The notes: generated by a model from the sequence alone, not told the origin. Shown: positions 1 to 14,293, counted from the first letter of the whole stretch. The stretch is DNA of 63,573 nucleotides, filler included, from Choristocarpus tenellus KU-1152 (GCA_964200185.2; 11 parts of 11 records of this genome joined end to end with filler, not necessarily neighbours in it); one strand, 5' to 3'. Numbers and translations: made by a program.

Positions 1-683
1 AACTCTTTTTTTTGTGATTGTGTTCCCCCCCCCCCCCCCCTTTTGCTTCCACATCATTCTTTGCCTGTGTCAGTTCTATGTCATGAGCAGCAGCAGCCTT
101 GATACCAAGCAGCAAGAGAATTTAGTTGACTTGCTATGTCATACAGCCTTACATGACCACACTACGTTGTGGAATGACTGGGTGATGATGACAGCCTTGG
201 AACCCCCTTGGCCATGCTTTCCCCAATTACCACCTTAAGTGTTCACTTTGATTGGTCTACCTGTGCTCTCTACCAAGAGTTTGACTTGTTGAGAGCTGGA
301 GGAGTTGATGCTGGGCCAGTCTTTTGGCTTTGTGTGAGCTGGTGCAATACTCCCCTTCCTGCACACCTCCTGGATTGGGCACATACTCTTCTGACTATCT
401 TTCTCCTGTTACACACAGACATTAACACATAAACACACTACCTGGAAAAGACTTTGAAAGAACTTGGGGGGATTTGTGTCGAGTTGAGCAAATGTTCAAC
501 TCAGTCAATCCCTGTTGGTATTTGTTCTCACCTCTTGTTTTGTTTTGTGTTCAGTTTTCAACCGGTTGGGTACTTTTATTTTTTTCTCCCCTTTCCTGTG
601 GATGTATTTGGTGCTGTACTACTTGATGTGATTGTAAAAAAAAATGTGTAATGTTTTTGGTGTGTGTGTGTGACAACTTGCAG

Positions 684-3178
684 GTAATTTGCTTGAAGAT
701 GGGCACTGAGGTGGCCACCTTCGCAGATCGCATTATGAGGGTGATCCTTGAGGTGTTCAAGAACAAACACGCTGTGGCACAGGTGGGAATTCGCTGAGAC
801 GTACTCACTTTGTTCCGTAGGTTTGTTTGGGGGGTTTGAGGGGTAAGGAGCATAGTAGGTAGGTGTGAAGAGAACTTTTTACTGAGTTGGAGACATGTAG
901 TTTGCCCTTTATGATCTTTGTGTGTTCCATCTGACAGGAGGAGGCGTTCATGGCAGCGGGTGCTGTGGCCTACCAACTGGAGAAGCACTTCATCAAATAC
1001 ATGGAGGCCTTCCAGCCCATCCTTGTTCAGGGACTGTCCAACCACGAGGAGTATCAGGTGAAATTAGAATCTGCAGTTTAGCCCCCCCCACCACCACAAC
1101 AACAACCCTGACCTTGACCCATATCTGCATATAAAGGAATAAGATAGTGTATTGTATAAGATCAGAAAGATGGGTTATAATGCAAATAATGTGGAGCACA
1201 GAGGTGGTGGAACATGTTGAAAGGGGAAATGTTCCATCACTTGCTACATCTAATTGTCTGCTTTTTACTGAGGAAATGATGTTTTTCGAGATTGAAGGTT
1301 GATTTTGATGGTATTATATTAAGTGTCGCATTTGGTTGGGGGTTTCCAGTGTGTTGCTCTGGATGTAGGGTTATCCCCCCCCCCCCCAGATTGTTTCAAT
1401 GGTGTTGAGGCTGGGAAGACTTTTTGAGGACCCTTCACAATAGGTTTTGGGTTGGCATACAATAACCTTCTTCATTGCTTCCTTGTCATACCTGCATGGG
1501 GTCTCATCTGAGACACAGTCACCGCAGTTACAAGTAATCATCTTTCATGTAATTCACTGTCTTACCTTTGCTTTCCCTTCATATCAGATCAAAAATAGGA
1601 TTGTGTGCCATACCCACCTTCTTGGCCCCTCTCCCCCACCTCACCCGCCCCTGCTGCATCTCTCCCTGCAGGTGTGCATAGTAGCTGTGGGGGTGGTGGG
1701 AGACCTGTGCCGTGCACTGGAAAAGGACATCCGACCATATACGGACGTGATCATGACCTTACTTTTGCGGAACCTAGAGGCTCCAACCATCAATCGGTAG
1801 GAAGTCTGATTTCCTCCCTACATCAATGTATTTGAGAAGTCAAAACGTGCTTTTTGAGTCTCCACCCCCACCCCCCCCCCATGCCTCACTGCCCCTCTCT
1901 CCTGCACACTGCAAGTTCATTGCTTTTGTGTTTCTTGGGTCTGTGGGCACAAGCATGCGTGCATGTATTTGTAAAGGATTTAGCTGTGTTTGTTGTTCTG
2001 TATTGTAGTGGAGGTGTTGTCCATGCACAGGTTTGTAGTTTGGTTGTGTTGAACTGGCCCCCTGTATTGCAGGGTCACTAAGGTCCCATTCCCGCAATGA
2101 ATTCGTAAGTACTCTCTGCTCCCATACTACATTTTTCCTCTTCCCCTCTTCCCCTCTTCCCCTCTTCCCCTAACCCCCCCCCTCTTGCAAACCCTCAAAC
2201 ACATCCTCCTCTACTCTGCTGTCCTTGTCCTTTGTTATCAGGAATGTGAAGCCGCCGGTATTGGCGTGCTTGGGAGACATTGCTCTGGCTGTATCCACTG
2301 AGTTCCAGGCATACCTGCAGGTGATTAGTTAGCACTATTTTGCAGCAAAATGTAGTGCCTTAATTATTGGGGCGAGTGTGGTGTATGCTGGGTGGGTCTA
2401 ATTATGCTGTTGGCATTAATGAAGTGATGGCACTTGCTTGCCGGCTCTGGAACTACCACTCACTGCCCCCATACAGGTGACAATGAACATGCTTCATCAG
2501 GCGCAGGCGGCGTGTGTGGTGTCTGAAGGGCAGGAAGATGACATGGTTGACTATATTAACAGCCTCAGGGAGGGTGTTCTTGAAGCTTACTCAGGAATCG
2601 TTCAGGTGCTTCGCCATCTTGAGAAGCGGGGGGGGGGGGGGAGGGAGGAAATCTGTATGTATGTTGGGAAGGCCTATTAAATGGAGGTATAAATGATTTT
2701 TACTGGTATGTTTAACTAAATGAGCTCAAGTAGTCCATGATCTGCTGGGCAGAGGACAGGGGAATGCAAGGTTAGCTCGTTGAACTGAAGATAGTTTTTG
2801 ATAAGGTTTACATAGTAAGTATAATACATCTTTCTTTGAGCCCTGATCCGTCACCTACCCAAGTCCAACACTTGTTAAGTCCTATGTTGGCATCTTCCAA
2901 TTGTGGGGGGTGAGGGCTTAACATTCACTGCTATCATTGTGGTACAAGACCCTTGTCATAACGGTAGAGGGAAATTTGATTCACTGAGTGTGTGAGTTGC
3001 AGCAACCACGACTCCAGTATTATCACAGCGATCTGAATCTTTCTCACCTCTTTGTGTGTGTGTGTGTGTGTGTCTATTGCTCTCATATCTGTCTCTGCAC
3101 CAGGGCTTGAATGAGACAGACAATAACCAAATGGCCCAGATACTCCCATTCATTTCAGGGGTGGTGCAGTTCTTGGAG
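684..3178 (+). CDS. KPNB1: Importin beta-1 (karyopherin beta 1), partial; exons 684-782, 938-1057, 1672-1796, 2242-2320, 2477-2605, 3104-3178
   Basis: Six AG/GT-bounded exons join in frame: ...EEAFMAAGAVAYQLEKHFIKYM...EEYQVCIVAVGVVGDLCRAL...RNVKPPVLACLGDIALA...YINSLREGVLEAYSGIVQGL. This matches the C-terminal HEAT repeats of importin beta. The 5' end lies before the window and the 3' end is lost at the gap. Confidence 0.93.
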
Positions 3179-3654
3179 GTATGAAACAGTCCAATTGGGT
3201 ATTACTTGAAATATTGCACTTTTGTTGAAGACTCCACTACCTCAATGTGATCATCAAAACATTAATTACTAGGTCTGGAAGATCCATAGTTTTTTGGGGG
3301 GCAGGGAGGTAGTGATGTTGTTGTCCAAGCTGAAGTTTGAGAGACAGGGAGTCATCGTGGGATTGGGACCGTGATTGAAGTCCTTTATTTGGGGACTATT
3401 GTCATGGTATTCGGGCATTTGAAGTGGCTATGTGCATCTCTCCAGATCCTGAACCCCTATGTCCAGATTTTTTCTCCAAAGAGGTAATGAATTGCAAACA
3501 GGTGATTGACCTCGCCCACTGTGTATCCTCTTCTTCAACAACTTTTTTTTCCAGCTGGCTACCAACCCCCCCCCCCCCCCCCCCCCCCCCCCCACATCCC
3601 CCCCCCCCCTCTTCTTTGTTTTAGTTCTCTTATTCTCCCCAAACAAAGGGCAGA

Positions 3655-3754
3655 NNNNNNNNNNNNNNNNNNNNNNNNNNNNNNNNNNNNNNNNNNNNTT
3701 AATTAATTAANNNNNNNNNNNNNNNNNNNNNNNNNNNNNNNNNNNNNNNNNNNN
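3655..3754. other. Artificial 100-nt gap linker N44-TTAATTAATTAA-N44; same linker at 8134, 11820, 15792, 27374, 31840, 46322, 52064, 55914, 60148
   Basis: All ten gaps have the same length and the same six-frame stop spacer. Confidence 0.97.
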
Positions 3755-3904
3755 CTGTCCATTTGGGGTCATTTTTTCATATCCCTATTTTTGGGTGATT
3801 TGGTTGCATATGTCAGATGGATAATGTAAATGCACTTTTCCTGATTTTGGTCTATATGGACACCCTGGTGTAGACCCCCTCCTCCCCCTCCAGATACTTA
3901 GGTC
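3755..3904. mobile_element. MITE family B, partial copy cut by the gap
   Basis: Reverse-complement match to 14294-14473; ends CCAGATACTTAGGTC. Confidence 0.8.
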
Positions 3905-4850
3905 TCTGAAAGTCCCTACTATCGGGGTCTAGCCTTGGGGCATTCACTTCATGCATCAGGAGATCCACCGTGTGCATGAGGATGATCACATGGGCAGTGC
4001 AAAGCCTGCCAGGGGGACCTTAGCCGTGGTGATGTTTATATACTGTAGGACCTCTATCTGGTCTAGATCAAGGCCAGAAACAACACTTGGGGTATGAACA
4101 CTCCATGGCAGGCATGAATATGGGGGAATATGGCCCAATTTTCTTGGGGGGAGGGACTAGGGGAAAGGACAGGAAGCCACAATCCCCCTGTTGAGGGGGG
4201 TAGGGTAGAGGGAGATGGGATGGAGGAAAGGAGGAAAGGGGGGAGAGGGATTCCAGAATGGTAAGCGTTACAGCTATGGACTGCCCACTCACCAATTTCA
4301 GCAACTTCAAGCGAGTATGTGTCCAGGAGATAGTCTTGACCGTGGGGGAGGTATGTATGCCTGCCCTACGGGGGTGATCTCTCAGTGAGAGAAAACTTGG
4401 TCAAACCCAGCATCATTCCCCCACACCCCTGAGAGGGTTTGGCAGAGCATAAACACATGATCCCCCTATCATCATGGGAGTGGGAAAGAAAGGGAGTCAT
4501 TGGGTGGGAAGCCAATGGTGTCTAAGAAAATGGGACATAGAGCCAGCATGCTGTGGGGACCCCACCATTCTGTGGGGACCCCACCATTCTGCGTGATCCA
4601 GGTTGATGTAGTGTCGTATGTGGCATGGGGGGTGAGGGGGGCCAGGGTTCCAGAATTGTGGGTTAGATAGTGGGTCAAGGTCTAGCTCAAAGACTGAGTC
4701 AGAGACTCTGAGGGTGGGTTGGGGTGTGGGTGGAAGAGGTGCCCTGGCCTATGGGGTGAGGTGAGTGGAGTGTAAGTTCTGGCCTGGGATGTTGTGTAGT
4801 GAGAAAATGTGGAATTGGGCTGCGGTGACGATATTTAAACAGACTATAAG

Positions 4851-4957
4851 TGTCACAGGTGATATGTTTTGATGGCGGTTTCATAAACGCCATTATGACC
4901 TTGAAGTCCTAAATTTCAGGTATTTGTACTTCTTATCTATTTTTATGTTTAGTCATT
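4851..4957. mobile_element. Terminal fragment of the TGTTACA family; another at about 26040-26256
   Basis: Reverse complement of about 31465-31574 (GATGGCGGTTTCATAAAC-CCATTATGACCTT). Confidence 0.7.
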
Positions 4958-4970
4958 ACCATGCTCCCAG

Positions 4971-5137
4971 GTGGTACATTGTTGAAAGTTCCTTCTTATG
5001 CAATGATAATTGATACTTATGAAGGGAATAATCCAAGTGAGAGATCCAGCATACTTGACGACTTCTGCATCACGAGTCCTGTATGTGCATCAGCACCATC
5101 TATAGGCTCGTGGACTGGAGCTAAACATCCTGTTGAG
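4971..5137 (+). other. Isolated exon-like segment, unknown gene
   Basis: CCCAG acceptor, open frame GTLLKVPSYAMIID...KHPVE, GTAAGC donor. No recognisable family. Confidence 0.3.
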
Positions 5138-8100
5138 GTAAGCTTTGGAGCGTTCTGTAACATAGTATAAGAAGGGACTGGGGGGTGAGGGTATGGTATG
5201 GAGAGTAGGCCAAACGGTGAGATGGCAAGAAGAGCAGAGGATGATTGTGTGCGATTCGGGGACGACCTCAGTTCCCGCACTCCTCTCCATGGCAGTGTAA
5301 TAGTGCCGTTCCATATCAGATAGTGAGAATTCGAGAAATACGGTCGGTAAATCTAAGAGAAACAGTACCGTACGTCCAAAAACGAACTTGATGTACAAAC
5401 ACCGTACTGCACAGTTCAAATCTGTTGTGATCCACATGTATAATGTAAACTACTACTCTTAAGTAGTTAGTACTGTGATACCTTTTCGACCATGGGACTG
5501 GGATCCCTCAGACTAATGTAATGCTAATATTAACATCAATGCTGCTTGAGAAGATGAGAAACTTCTGCTGACACTAAGAATAATATCTACATCACTCCAT
5601 CCAGAGTACCTACCAAATCAATAACATTTAGAATGACAATACTACTTTTCCAACATCTAAAGATTGGACATCCATGTGACATCACAGGGTAACAACAATC
5701 CAAAAATATATATATATATATGATGTTATCACGATTCGGTTGGGAACACCAGATTTCCTCAAACTAATCATGTTCAACATTAACCTACCATGGAGGATAT
5801 CTTTGTTCTCTAAAGCTTAAGCTGTGTTCAAGATTATACCAACAGAGGGTTACCAACATTCCACATTTAGACAATCAAGCCTAGAGCTCTCCAACTTTGA
5901 GTAGTGCAATATTATGTAGTTTGAACAATACTTCTTAAGTGTGTATATCTACTAGAAATATCCTACAAAATGTACACAACTCACCCTTTTACATGTGTTG
6001 ACCTCAATATTTCATAAAGTACAATGGTCTCACGTAGTTCTTGTCCTGGATTGGATTGCGCGCTTGTGCAGACGACTTCAGTGCTTGCTTGATATGTTTA
6101 GACCTCACCTTGGTGGCTTTTAGTAAACAACCAAGTCAGGAGGAAACATAATCCAAAGCAGAAAACATAAGACACAAAAACATTATTCCTCAACAAGACA
6201 AGTGCCAAGGACAACACCTATGCAAACATGTTAACCCTACACCACCTGCACTTCACAACAAATCACCACCCTACAGTCTACACCCTTCCTCACACAACTT
6301 GTTTTGCCTCACTGCATGGACTTCTGCAGGTACACAATTTGCACCATCGCATTCTCTTCAACATGTGCAGATGGTGTTCATTGTCCTGCCTGATCGGGAG
6401 GGACTGCTCATCCATGGCCAGATCTTCACTTGAAGACACAGGTAGTACAGGCAGCCTTGTCCACAACACAGGGTATGCTGCTATCTCAATACTGAGTACA
6501 ATACTCCTCATCTAGTGACGCCAAGCTGGCCGAGAGCAGGCAGCACCCCTGTGTAGGTGAGGAACAAGGGGGGGAGAATTGAGGTTAGGATTGACGAGAG
6601 CAGCTTGGATGTTTCAGAGGGAAAGGGTCATGAGCTATCACCTAATGAAAGACCAAGAGGAAACAACTGTGGAAGGCCATTCGGTCAGAGCATCTTCTGC
6701 TGTGCCACAACAATATACCCAGTCCAGCACAACACCATGCCTACAACCTCTGAAAAAGAATTGCAAACTTTTGTCACTCTGGAGACCTCGTCTGAATGAC
6801 TCCCCTCCCCTGCTACCTGATGTCCCGCTAGATACTGGCCTGTTGCCTGCTGGAGGGTTGGTCCTTCGTCCCCTACATCAAATCAAGAGTCAAGGTGTGC
6901 AGAGTCTTAGCAGGGGAAGAGTCGATCCAACAATGCCTTTAGTGAAGAAAAAATCAGCAATAGTGTAATCCACTTGAAATAATCTGCACACATACACAAA
7001 GTGTGTACCTGGTGCGTGTTGCAACGGGTGCATTCTAAACAGCTGTGGAAGCCTGTGCTGCCCTTGTTCTTTGGGCTGCTCCACTGATGCGCATTGAGGA
7101 TGAAGATTAGAAGGGGGGGAGGGGAACGAGGGGGGCAAGGAAGAAATTAGATATCTATACAGAATTGTTCAAAAACAATAGCATGAAATATTTGTTCAGA
7201 GGGAAAAAGGAAATAAATCTACAGATTCTATGTAAGGCATTTTGCAAGTTTCCACTGAACAATTGAGATTTTTCACAAAGCACGGAGCACAAAGAGCTAG
7301 AGAGTATCTGAAGGACAAAATATATTTATCAGAATCAAGACTGAAGAGGAGACTAATACCCTTTCTTTTGTGTACTATTGCAGTCTGACACAATAGAGAC
7401 ACTTTTCAATTGTACAGCTTGTAACATTAATGTCACAGCAGAGAGGAGACACAATGCAAACACAGCAATCAAGTACTTCCTGCGTCAGAGTGTAGGTGGG
7501 CTGACAACGTCTCTATCATTGGAACCCCAATCACCAATGCTGTTGGTTTCACTTACCTTGTAACCTCACTTGATCCTGTCACCACCCTCGCTGCTACCCC
7601 CCCTACCTGGTTCTGGGTAAGGGATGCACGCAGCACTGACTGGGTTGTTTTCCTTGTGCCCTTTGCTTGTAGTGGCAGTGGCAGGGGCAGTGGCACCTTC
7701 TCTGCACCTCTAGCCTCAAGCTGGCATGTCCAGAGCTTGAGGTTTTGGTCCAATGGAGGAGAGGAGACCTTGCAAGACCCTTCTGCCTTGCAATGGGACT
7801 GCAATGGGGTGTAGGTGTCCCCACCGTACCCAACCATCACCCCCTGCAGAGAAGAGGACTGGTCCTGAGACCTGGCAGCAGGTGTTCCGCGCTTCTGAGC
7901 CTTCATTCCTGCTTGTCTCATCGAAAGACGACGACCATCCCTACCGTTCCAGGGGGAGGGGGCATGCAGTGGACATGAACGCCTGCTGGAGGGCTTTTCT
8001 TGGAGGAGGCCATTGTGCTCTCGCCACGTAATGTCGAGCTGTCACAGGGTCAGGTTCATGTTGAAGCTGTTCGATTAGACTCTTCCAACTCTATCGGACA

Positions 8101-8728
8101 GTTACGGTAAATTATTTATGGAGTAATGGAACANNNNNNNNNNNNNNNNNNNNNNNNNNNNNNNNNNNNNNNNNNNNTTAATTAATTAANNNNNNNNNNN
8201 NNNNNNNNNNNNNNNNNNNNNNNNNNNNNNNNNAGGCTTGTTATCTTGGCTGGAAAGGGTTTCCGCGGATGGTTTAAACTCTGATTATATTAGATCCATG
8301 TGTGTATTAGATAAACAGTTTGCAGAGTGAGCTTGAGGTGCTCAGTGAGGGGACAATGACAAATTTTTTTTATTAAACTACACTTAACGTGCATCTGGGG
8401 TCTTATTCGTATAAAAAGGAAGAACAGAGACGGCAACAACAACAAAATAGAAAGAGGAACACAAGGTAACAGTGGAACGCACTTGATGCAAGTTCCGAAG
8501 TAACTTGGATGACGTGTGCTATGATGTTCCTGTGTGTGATGTGGATCAACTGAATATCAACTGATGCTATACTTCTATCTACTGTCATCGATGTGATGAT
8601 GAGCTGGAATGCGCAATAAATAAATGAACACTAACAACCAGTGCAGTGCACCAATCAACAGTCAGTACAAGCTGGTGGATGTGTATCATATCAACAAGAA
8701 ACAAATGAGTAGCCTATGTTTTAACAGA

Positions 8729-11328
8729 CAGTTCATGACAGTTCTCGACCACTCTAAGGGGCATCCGGAACATAAATGACCCCGAGGTGACCCGGACGAA
8801 GAAAAAACAAAGAGGACGCGAGGAAAGGGTAAGAAGAACAGACCAAAGGAGGGCGATCCGGACTCTAAGTCTGCCGCCTAGGCTGAGGAAGAATGGGCAT
8901 CGCAACCTGCGAAAATCAAAATGATGTATGCGAGGAGAAAGCACCTGAAGGATGTCCTCATTAAAGGGACTGTTCTGGGGGTCGCTGCGTAGGTGATGAA
9001 CGACCTCAAGAGGAAAGACGAGCTCGGGATCGACCCCTACGCCAATGACTCCTCAGTCGGGTCTTCAGAAGAGCCTGCTCCAAAGAAACGATACATCCTG
9101 ACCGAAGAGGTACCCAAGAGGGAGTGTCAGGTTTATCCTCTCATCTGTCGGTCATATTAGCATTCGTAAGAAGTCACTTCACAACAACCGCTCTGACTCC
9201 GCACATTAATTTTACCCCATCAAATTGAAAGGTGAAAAGGGGCCTTGTGTTGCAGGATGTAGAGAAGGGTGATCTGTTCCTTGAAATCGTCAAATACTCC
9301 GAGAGGGCGTTACACCCTGAACCCCAGCAGTGGCGGACACGAAGGCAAGCAATTACAACATCGTATGACATCGCCATATGTGAACATCTCAGATCCTTCC
9401 CTACCCCAAACACGAGGTCTCGACGCTCACACGTCTTACCAACCTTGGACAATTTTACACTATAAATTAACGTAGGGTTCTCGTGTCTTGCATGTTCCGA
9501 AGATACTCATCGAACAGATTTATTTATCCTTTCCATGTATTGTGTCCATTGCCACAACAGTGCACATTGGCAACTTATGTAATGTTTCATGTCGTGTAGT
9601 CCTGCCTCTCGCCTCCTCTTCATCCATGTGACATGCCTTGCTTATCTTCCTAATTTATGTGCTCGAAAAATCCGACAAAATATATCAAACTACTCTAACT
9701 CCTTTCCCTCCTCTTTTTCCTCAGCCTTTGCCTCATCCTTTGCCTCCTCCTCTGTATCCTCCTTCGCTTCCTCCTTTTCATCAACCTTAGCCTTATCCTT
9801 TGCCTCCTCCTCTGTCTCGTCACTCGCCTTGTCCTTTGCCTCCTCGTGTACCATTACAGAGGTCAGCTGGGCCACAAGCATTCTCATTACGCCAGACAAT
9901 AACGCCAAGTCCGAACACAACCTTCATAACTTCAATGAAGAAACGCATCACAAGAATGCAGTCGCAATTCTCCAGACTCAACCAGGAGGCATCGTTATTA
10001 CATGCACTGCCCTCGGTGACTCTCACGATCCGGATCGTATCCAACTCCTGATCGACAACCTCTCCACCTTCTGCAATTTTGCGCTCTCCAAGACACCGGT
10101 AGAGGGTGGCATATCCACACGCCTGAAGACAGTGGAGGATGCGGCCCAGATAGTGATAAAGAGGAACAGGAGACGCCATCGCCTAACCTGACAGTAGGTG
10201 TGAGGAGCGGGAAACACCATGGGGGCAGCCTGACAACCACAACCTCGGACCAGACTCGGCAGGTGATAGGGACCGACCTGGTTGTAGCGTTTTGTCATCT
10301 CCAGAGAAAGATGTCCAGGAGGATGTGGGGGAGGTGCTAGACACGGAATCAGAGTCCATGCCTGTGAGGAATGATCCTGGAATGTCCCCAATCGTCCATT
10401 TTGTGGGTAGCAGCGGTGACGAGTCCCTTGATCTTGACCCAACGGGTAGAAGGAATAGAATGACGATATTGGGGAACGAAGTGGGACCTCCGTCCATGCC
10501 GAGTTGACAACACCTACGGTTGCGAGGAAATCGTCAGGTTCCTCTCAGAGAGACAAGACTTTGGGGAACAAGGCAAAACGTGACAAGACTAAAACCACTG
10601 TCGATAGGAAGAAGAGGTCGGCAAAAGGTGATGGACGGATCAAACCCTTCAAACTCTCGTGAAAATGACGGACATGAAGGACAACCAAGCTTCTTCTCGA
10701 ACATATTCGCTTCTGCCCGTAAGAGCAGAGAGGCGGAAACAGTAGTGACAAACAAGACAACGCATCAGACAGACACACTGGTCACAGAAGATTCAGATGC
10801 CACGATCCAGGATGATGACGGGGACAGTTCCGCACATGGTGATGACCCCTGCCTAACACAGGACGCAATTCGACTCCGGCAATACAACCATTGTGGGAAT
10901 AACAGAAGCTTTCATGAAGGCGTGCGTGACGGAACTCCTCCGATCAGCCTCAAAACCTGCATCTTCGCAGTACCGTGTCCAGACACAGATCCTAACCCAA
11001 GTCATATACGACCATGGGTTCAGAATAGCCAAGGCCGGTAGAGCGGCCAAAAATCATGTCTTAGGGGATGACTGCTACGTACACGTGGCAATACAAAAAA
11101 AAAATGGGTGGTCGTGGAGGGAAGCCGAAGAGCACGTTGCGTCCGGAGCATGTGGAAGCCCTCCGTGAAGGGAAAGTCATCTTCATGAGCCTGGTGAAGT
11201 CAGAACCGTGGAATGAGAGGTATTCCATGCGACTGAACCTGCGGCACCAACTAACCGAGGCCTACCCTAAACTTGTAGAGTGGTGGGAGAAGGATGACCT
11301 AGCCCAATTCCAATCCGCCCACTATTAA
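8729..11328 (+). pseudogene. Decayed spliced gene or TE-borne ORF of unknown family
   Basis: Protein-like + strand segments (9232-9465, 9860-10191, 10893-11328) with plausible splice sites, broken by stops and frameshifts such as the A-run at about 11095-11104. Confidence 0.45.
9700..9845. repeat. Low-complexity TCCTTTGCCTCC-type tandem repeat
   Basis: Imperfect 12/24-bp units directly upstream of the TACAG acceptor at 9859. Confidence 0.75.
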
Positions 11329-11766
11329 AATAGAGCCTTGTTCGTTTCAGATTTTCTTGAAGTGCGGATCACGTTACTTGTGTCTGATTCGGGCCAAACT
11401 GTACCTTACAAGATGTCCGACTATCATATTCATACAGTTTCGATCCGATGGGTTATGCATTTCCACAGTGATATCGGATACGTGCAGACCAGTCGGAGGT
11501 GTCATTGCATCATATATGATACTCACCTTGAGGGTTAGATTTATGTTGTTCTTTTTTTAACTAAATGTGTCCAATACAAGGTTCAGACTGCTAAAACATG
11601 TAACATTCTATAAGCAAATCTTCTCGCGCTTTTCGACTAAGTTTCCAGACTAGATAGGGAGGGCTACCTGTGTTATGGCAGAAACTACCTGTCGTAGACG
11701 GGATTTGATAGCCCTCTTCCTGCTATAACCTCCTGTCCCTCATCCACAAAACTTTCCGCTTGCTTG

Positions 11767-11819
11767 GAGCCAAAGTATCTTAGAGGGTAGAGACGTGTCC
11801 ATTTGGGGGTCACAATCCA
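11767..11819. mobile_element. MITE family A, partial (gap)
   Basis: Terminus GAGCCAAAGTATCTTAGAGGGTAG. Confidence 0.85.
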
Positions 11820-11919
11820 NNNNNNNNNNNNNNNNNNNNNNNNNNNNNNNNNNNNNNNNNNNNTTAATTAATTAANNNNNNNNNNNNNNNNNNNNNNNNN
11901 NNNNNNNNNNNNNNNNNNN

Positions 11920-12088
11920 GTGTGTGTGGGGGTGGGGGGTCTACACGAGGGTGTCCATTTGGACCCTGACCAGGAAAAGTGCACTTACATTATCCACCCT
12001 ACTCATGCAATCTAAATCACCCAAAAATCGCGACACGGAAAAATGGCCCCCAAATGGACAGCCTCCACCCCAACACATACTTTGAGCC
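11920..12088. mobile_element. MITE family B, partial (gap)
   Basis: Colinear with 14294-14473; ends ATACTTTGAGCC. Confidence 0.8.
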
Positions 12089-12868
12089 AGAAGCCCTAGT
12101 ACAACAACAGAGAATTCCATTCACCCTTTCATGATAGAGTAGTAAAAAGGGGACTCAGAAGGAGAAGGTGTTCGTAGATAGTGCTGCTAGTACACTATAG
12201 ACACCACTGGTGGATTAGATAATAGGACGGAGAGCCAGTGACAGATATATTATATGTACTGACTCATAGTGTCCAGATATCTTTGTATCAAGTTCAAGAT
12301 ACACTTTCTATACTTAAAGCAAGTTAATAAGCGAATCATAGTAAATTAGTGTGGACGATTTCAAACCCCACACTATAGAAATAATAATGATAGTTTAGGT
12401 TAGTCTCGCCCACGTATTCAGTCGGTGGAATCGAGACCATAAGCCCTCTTGTAATATCAACTTTGCGCATCTGCATTAAGCTGATCATTGTCCTTCATCA
12501 AAGCACCAAAGCCGCGGGTCCAGTGTGGGATACTTCAACAGAAGGTGGGAATTTTGGTACATGTAGGTATTTGACTTGACCACAGTAGTCGGAAGTTAGA
12601 GGTGAATACAGAGGTAGAGGATAGGTGTCTCTATACTTGGAGCAAGAGGAACTAAGTTGGTAGAGTAAGGGGTAAAATTCAAAAATACCAATAAATCACA
12701 CTGTATTGACCTTTCAACTGCCGATACAACACTTCTTTTCCCTTTGCTCTGAAGAGCTTGAGAGCAGTTAGGAAAATGTGGTATATAGACGAGGCTGAGT
12801 ATTTTTTGCCCCTGAGCCCAGTAGTTGGGAAGTAGAAGTGAAGGCAGGAGTAGAGTGTATGTATCTCT

Positions 12869-13036
12869 GGCTCAGAGGGTTGCGGATGTCCATTTGGGGT
12901 CAATTTTTTCATCTTGCGATTTTTGGGTGATTTGGTTGCATACGTCGGATGTATAATGTAAGTGTACTTTTCCTGGTTTTGACCCAATTGGACAACCTGG
13001 TGCAGATCCCCACCCACCCCCCAGATACTTTGTGTC
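12869..13036. mobile_element. MITE family B
   Basis: Reverse-complement copy of 14294-14473, with flanks CTCT| and |TCTG. Confidence 0.8.
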
Positions 13037-13127
13037 TCTGGTCTGGCAATGAGGGTAACCTAGATGCCATAGTAAGGGGCAAGATATATATATATACATG
13101 ATTTTCAATATTTCCACGAACACTTTC

Positions 13128-13935
13128 TGTTACACAGGCGAATAGCGCGAGCGTTTCTTCTCATGTTTTAGCAAACACGAACATTTGTGACAGACGTAAA
13201 GTGCGAGGATTGTTTCTCATGTTCTAACAAGCGCGAACAATATACGATATTAGTAACACATAGGTATCCTTACAGAATAAATGATTTCATAGAAGATACA
13301 GAGTAAGATTCGGAATGCATACGTAGCATTACAGAAGAAAATGTCAAAGTCCCTAAGAAGTTGCAGAATAAAGGTCTATGATTGGAGTACCCGTAGAGCA
13401 GTTGCATAGAGAGTAAAAGTATCTTAGAGGGTAGAGCCGCGTTCGATTGGGGACCAAAATACAATGTTGCAATTTTGATCTAAATTTGGCCATTATATTC
13501 TTAGGAAGTGTCAACATCCTTGTTTCAAATACAACTTTTCATAACGTATATATATTACCTACTACGAAACATTTTGGAGTAGGAAAATGTCATTAAAAAA
13601 CCAGTGGGAAGCCAAGCCCCAAATGGAAAAATAGGGCAAAATTCGTACCCCCTAAGATACTTTCACTCTGGAAGACCAAAGAAATTGTGTGGACGATGAA
13701 AATAATATGAGGGCTTTTGGTGAAAAATCTTGACCCTTCTTACCTACCAGTCTTATCTTTATCTCGAACGAAACTTTGAGTCGAGCTTTGAGCCAAGCAC
13801 TGATTTGAATATCAAGAGAGAAGGACACCTGAAACCCTACAACTGTTATCAAGGGCAACGCCCCCATAGCGTCGTTTTGAGTTGTATATCCTGTGGAGGT
13901 GAGTTCTGAGGGACACGCTGTAACATGGAGGTCCT
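13128..13935. mobile_element. TGTTACA-family element interrupted by a family A MITE
   Basis: Reverse-complement homologue of 27671-28304 and direct homologue of about 23790-24300. Confidence 0.85.
13411..13668. mobile_element. MITE family A (258 bp, Sola-like), nested insertion
   Basis: TIRs GAGTAAAAGTATCTTAG / CTAAGATACTTTCACTC with flanks TAGA/TGGA. The empty site, with one TAGA, is visible in paralogues at about 24045 and 27972. Confidence 0.92.
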
Positions 13936-14293
13936 ATCGCCTCTCTTCAAACTGGAGAGAATACTCTGTATTCACCTCAACACTTAGGATGCTTTGTAGC
14001 TTCCTACTCCCGCCTGGATTATTTTCTTTTCCCACTTGGGTTGGTGATCTGCATGCAGCGTCGGCGGGGTTTTCGTCTGAACCTCGTCGTCTCCGTGGGT
14101 GCGATGGCATCTGTGGCTCTGAGGGAACCATCATCCTTCATTGTTGTACAATGAGTGGTCTCTGACCGCCACATCATTCACCTATAGTCTTAAACGAGTG
14201 ATTTTTGACTGCCATGGTATAGACGTTGCCTAAGTAGTTCTTCCTCGCCATTCGTACACTCACATTCCCGATCTTTTTTTCGTATATCACACT

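Noticed and set aside
3699-3710. TTAATTAATTAA as a biological motif or piggyBac site
   Set aside because: Synthetic spacer embedded in N runs.
9589-9859. Ser-rich or Glu/Lys-rich ORF
   Set aside because: Produced by a pyrimidine-rich tandem repeat upstream of a splice acceptor.
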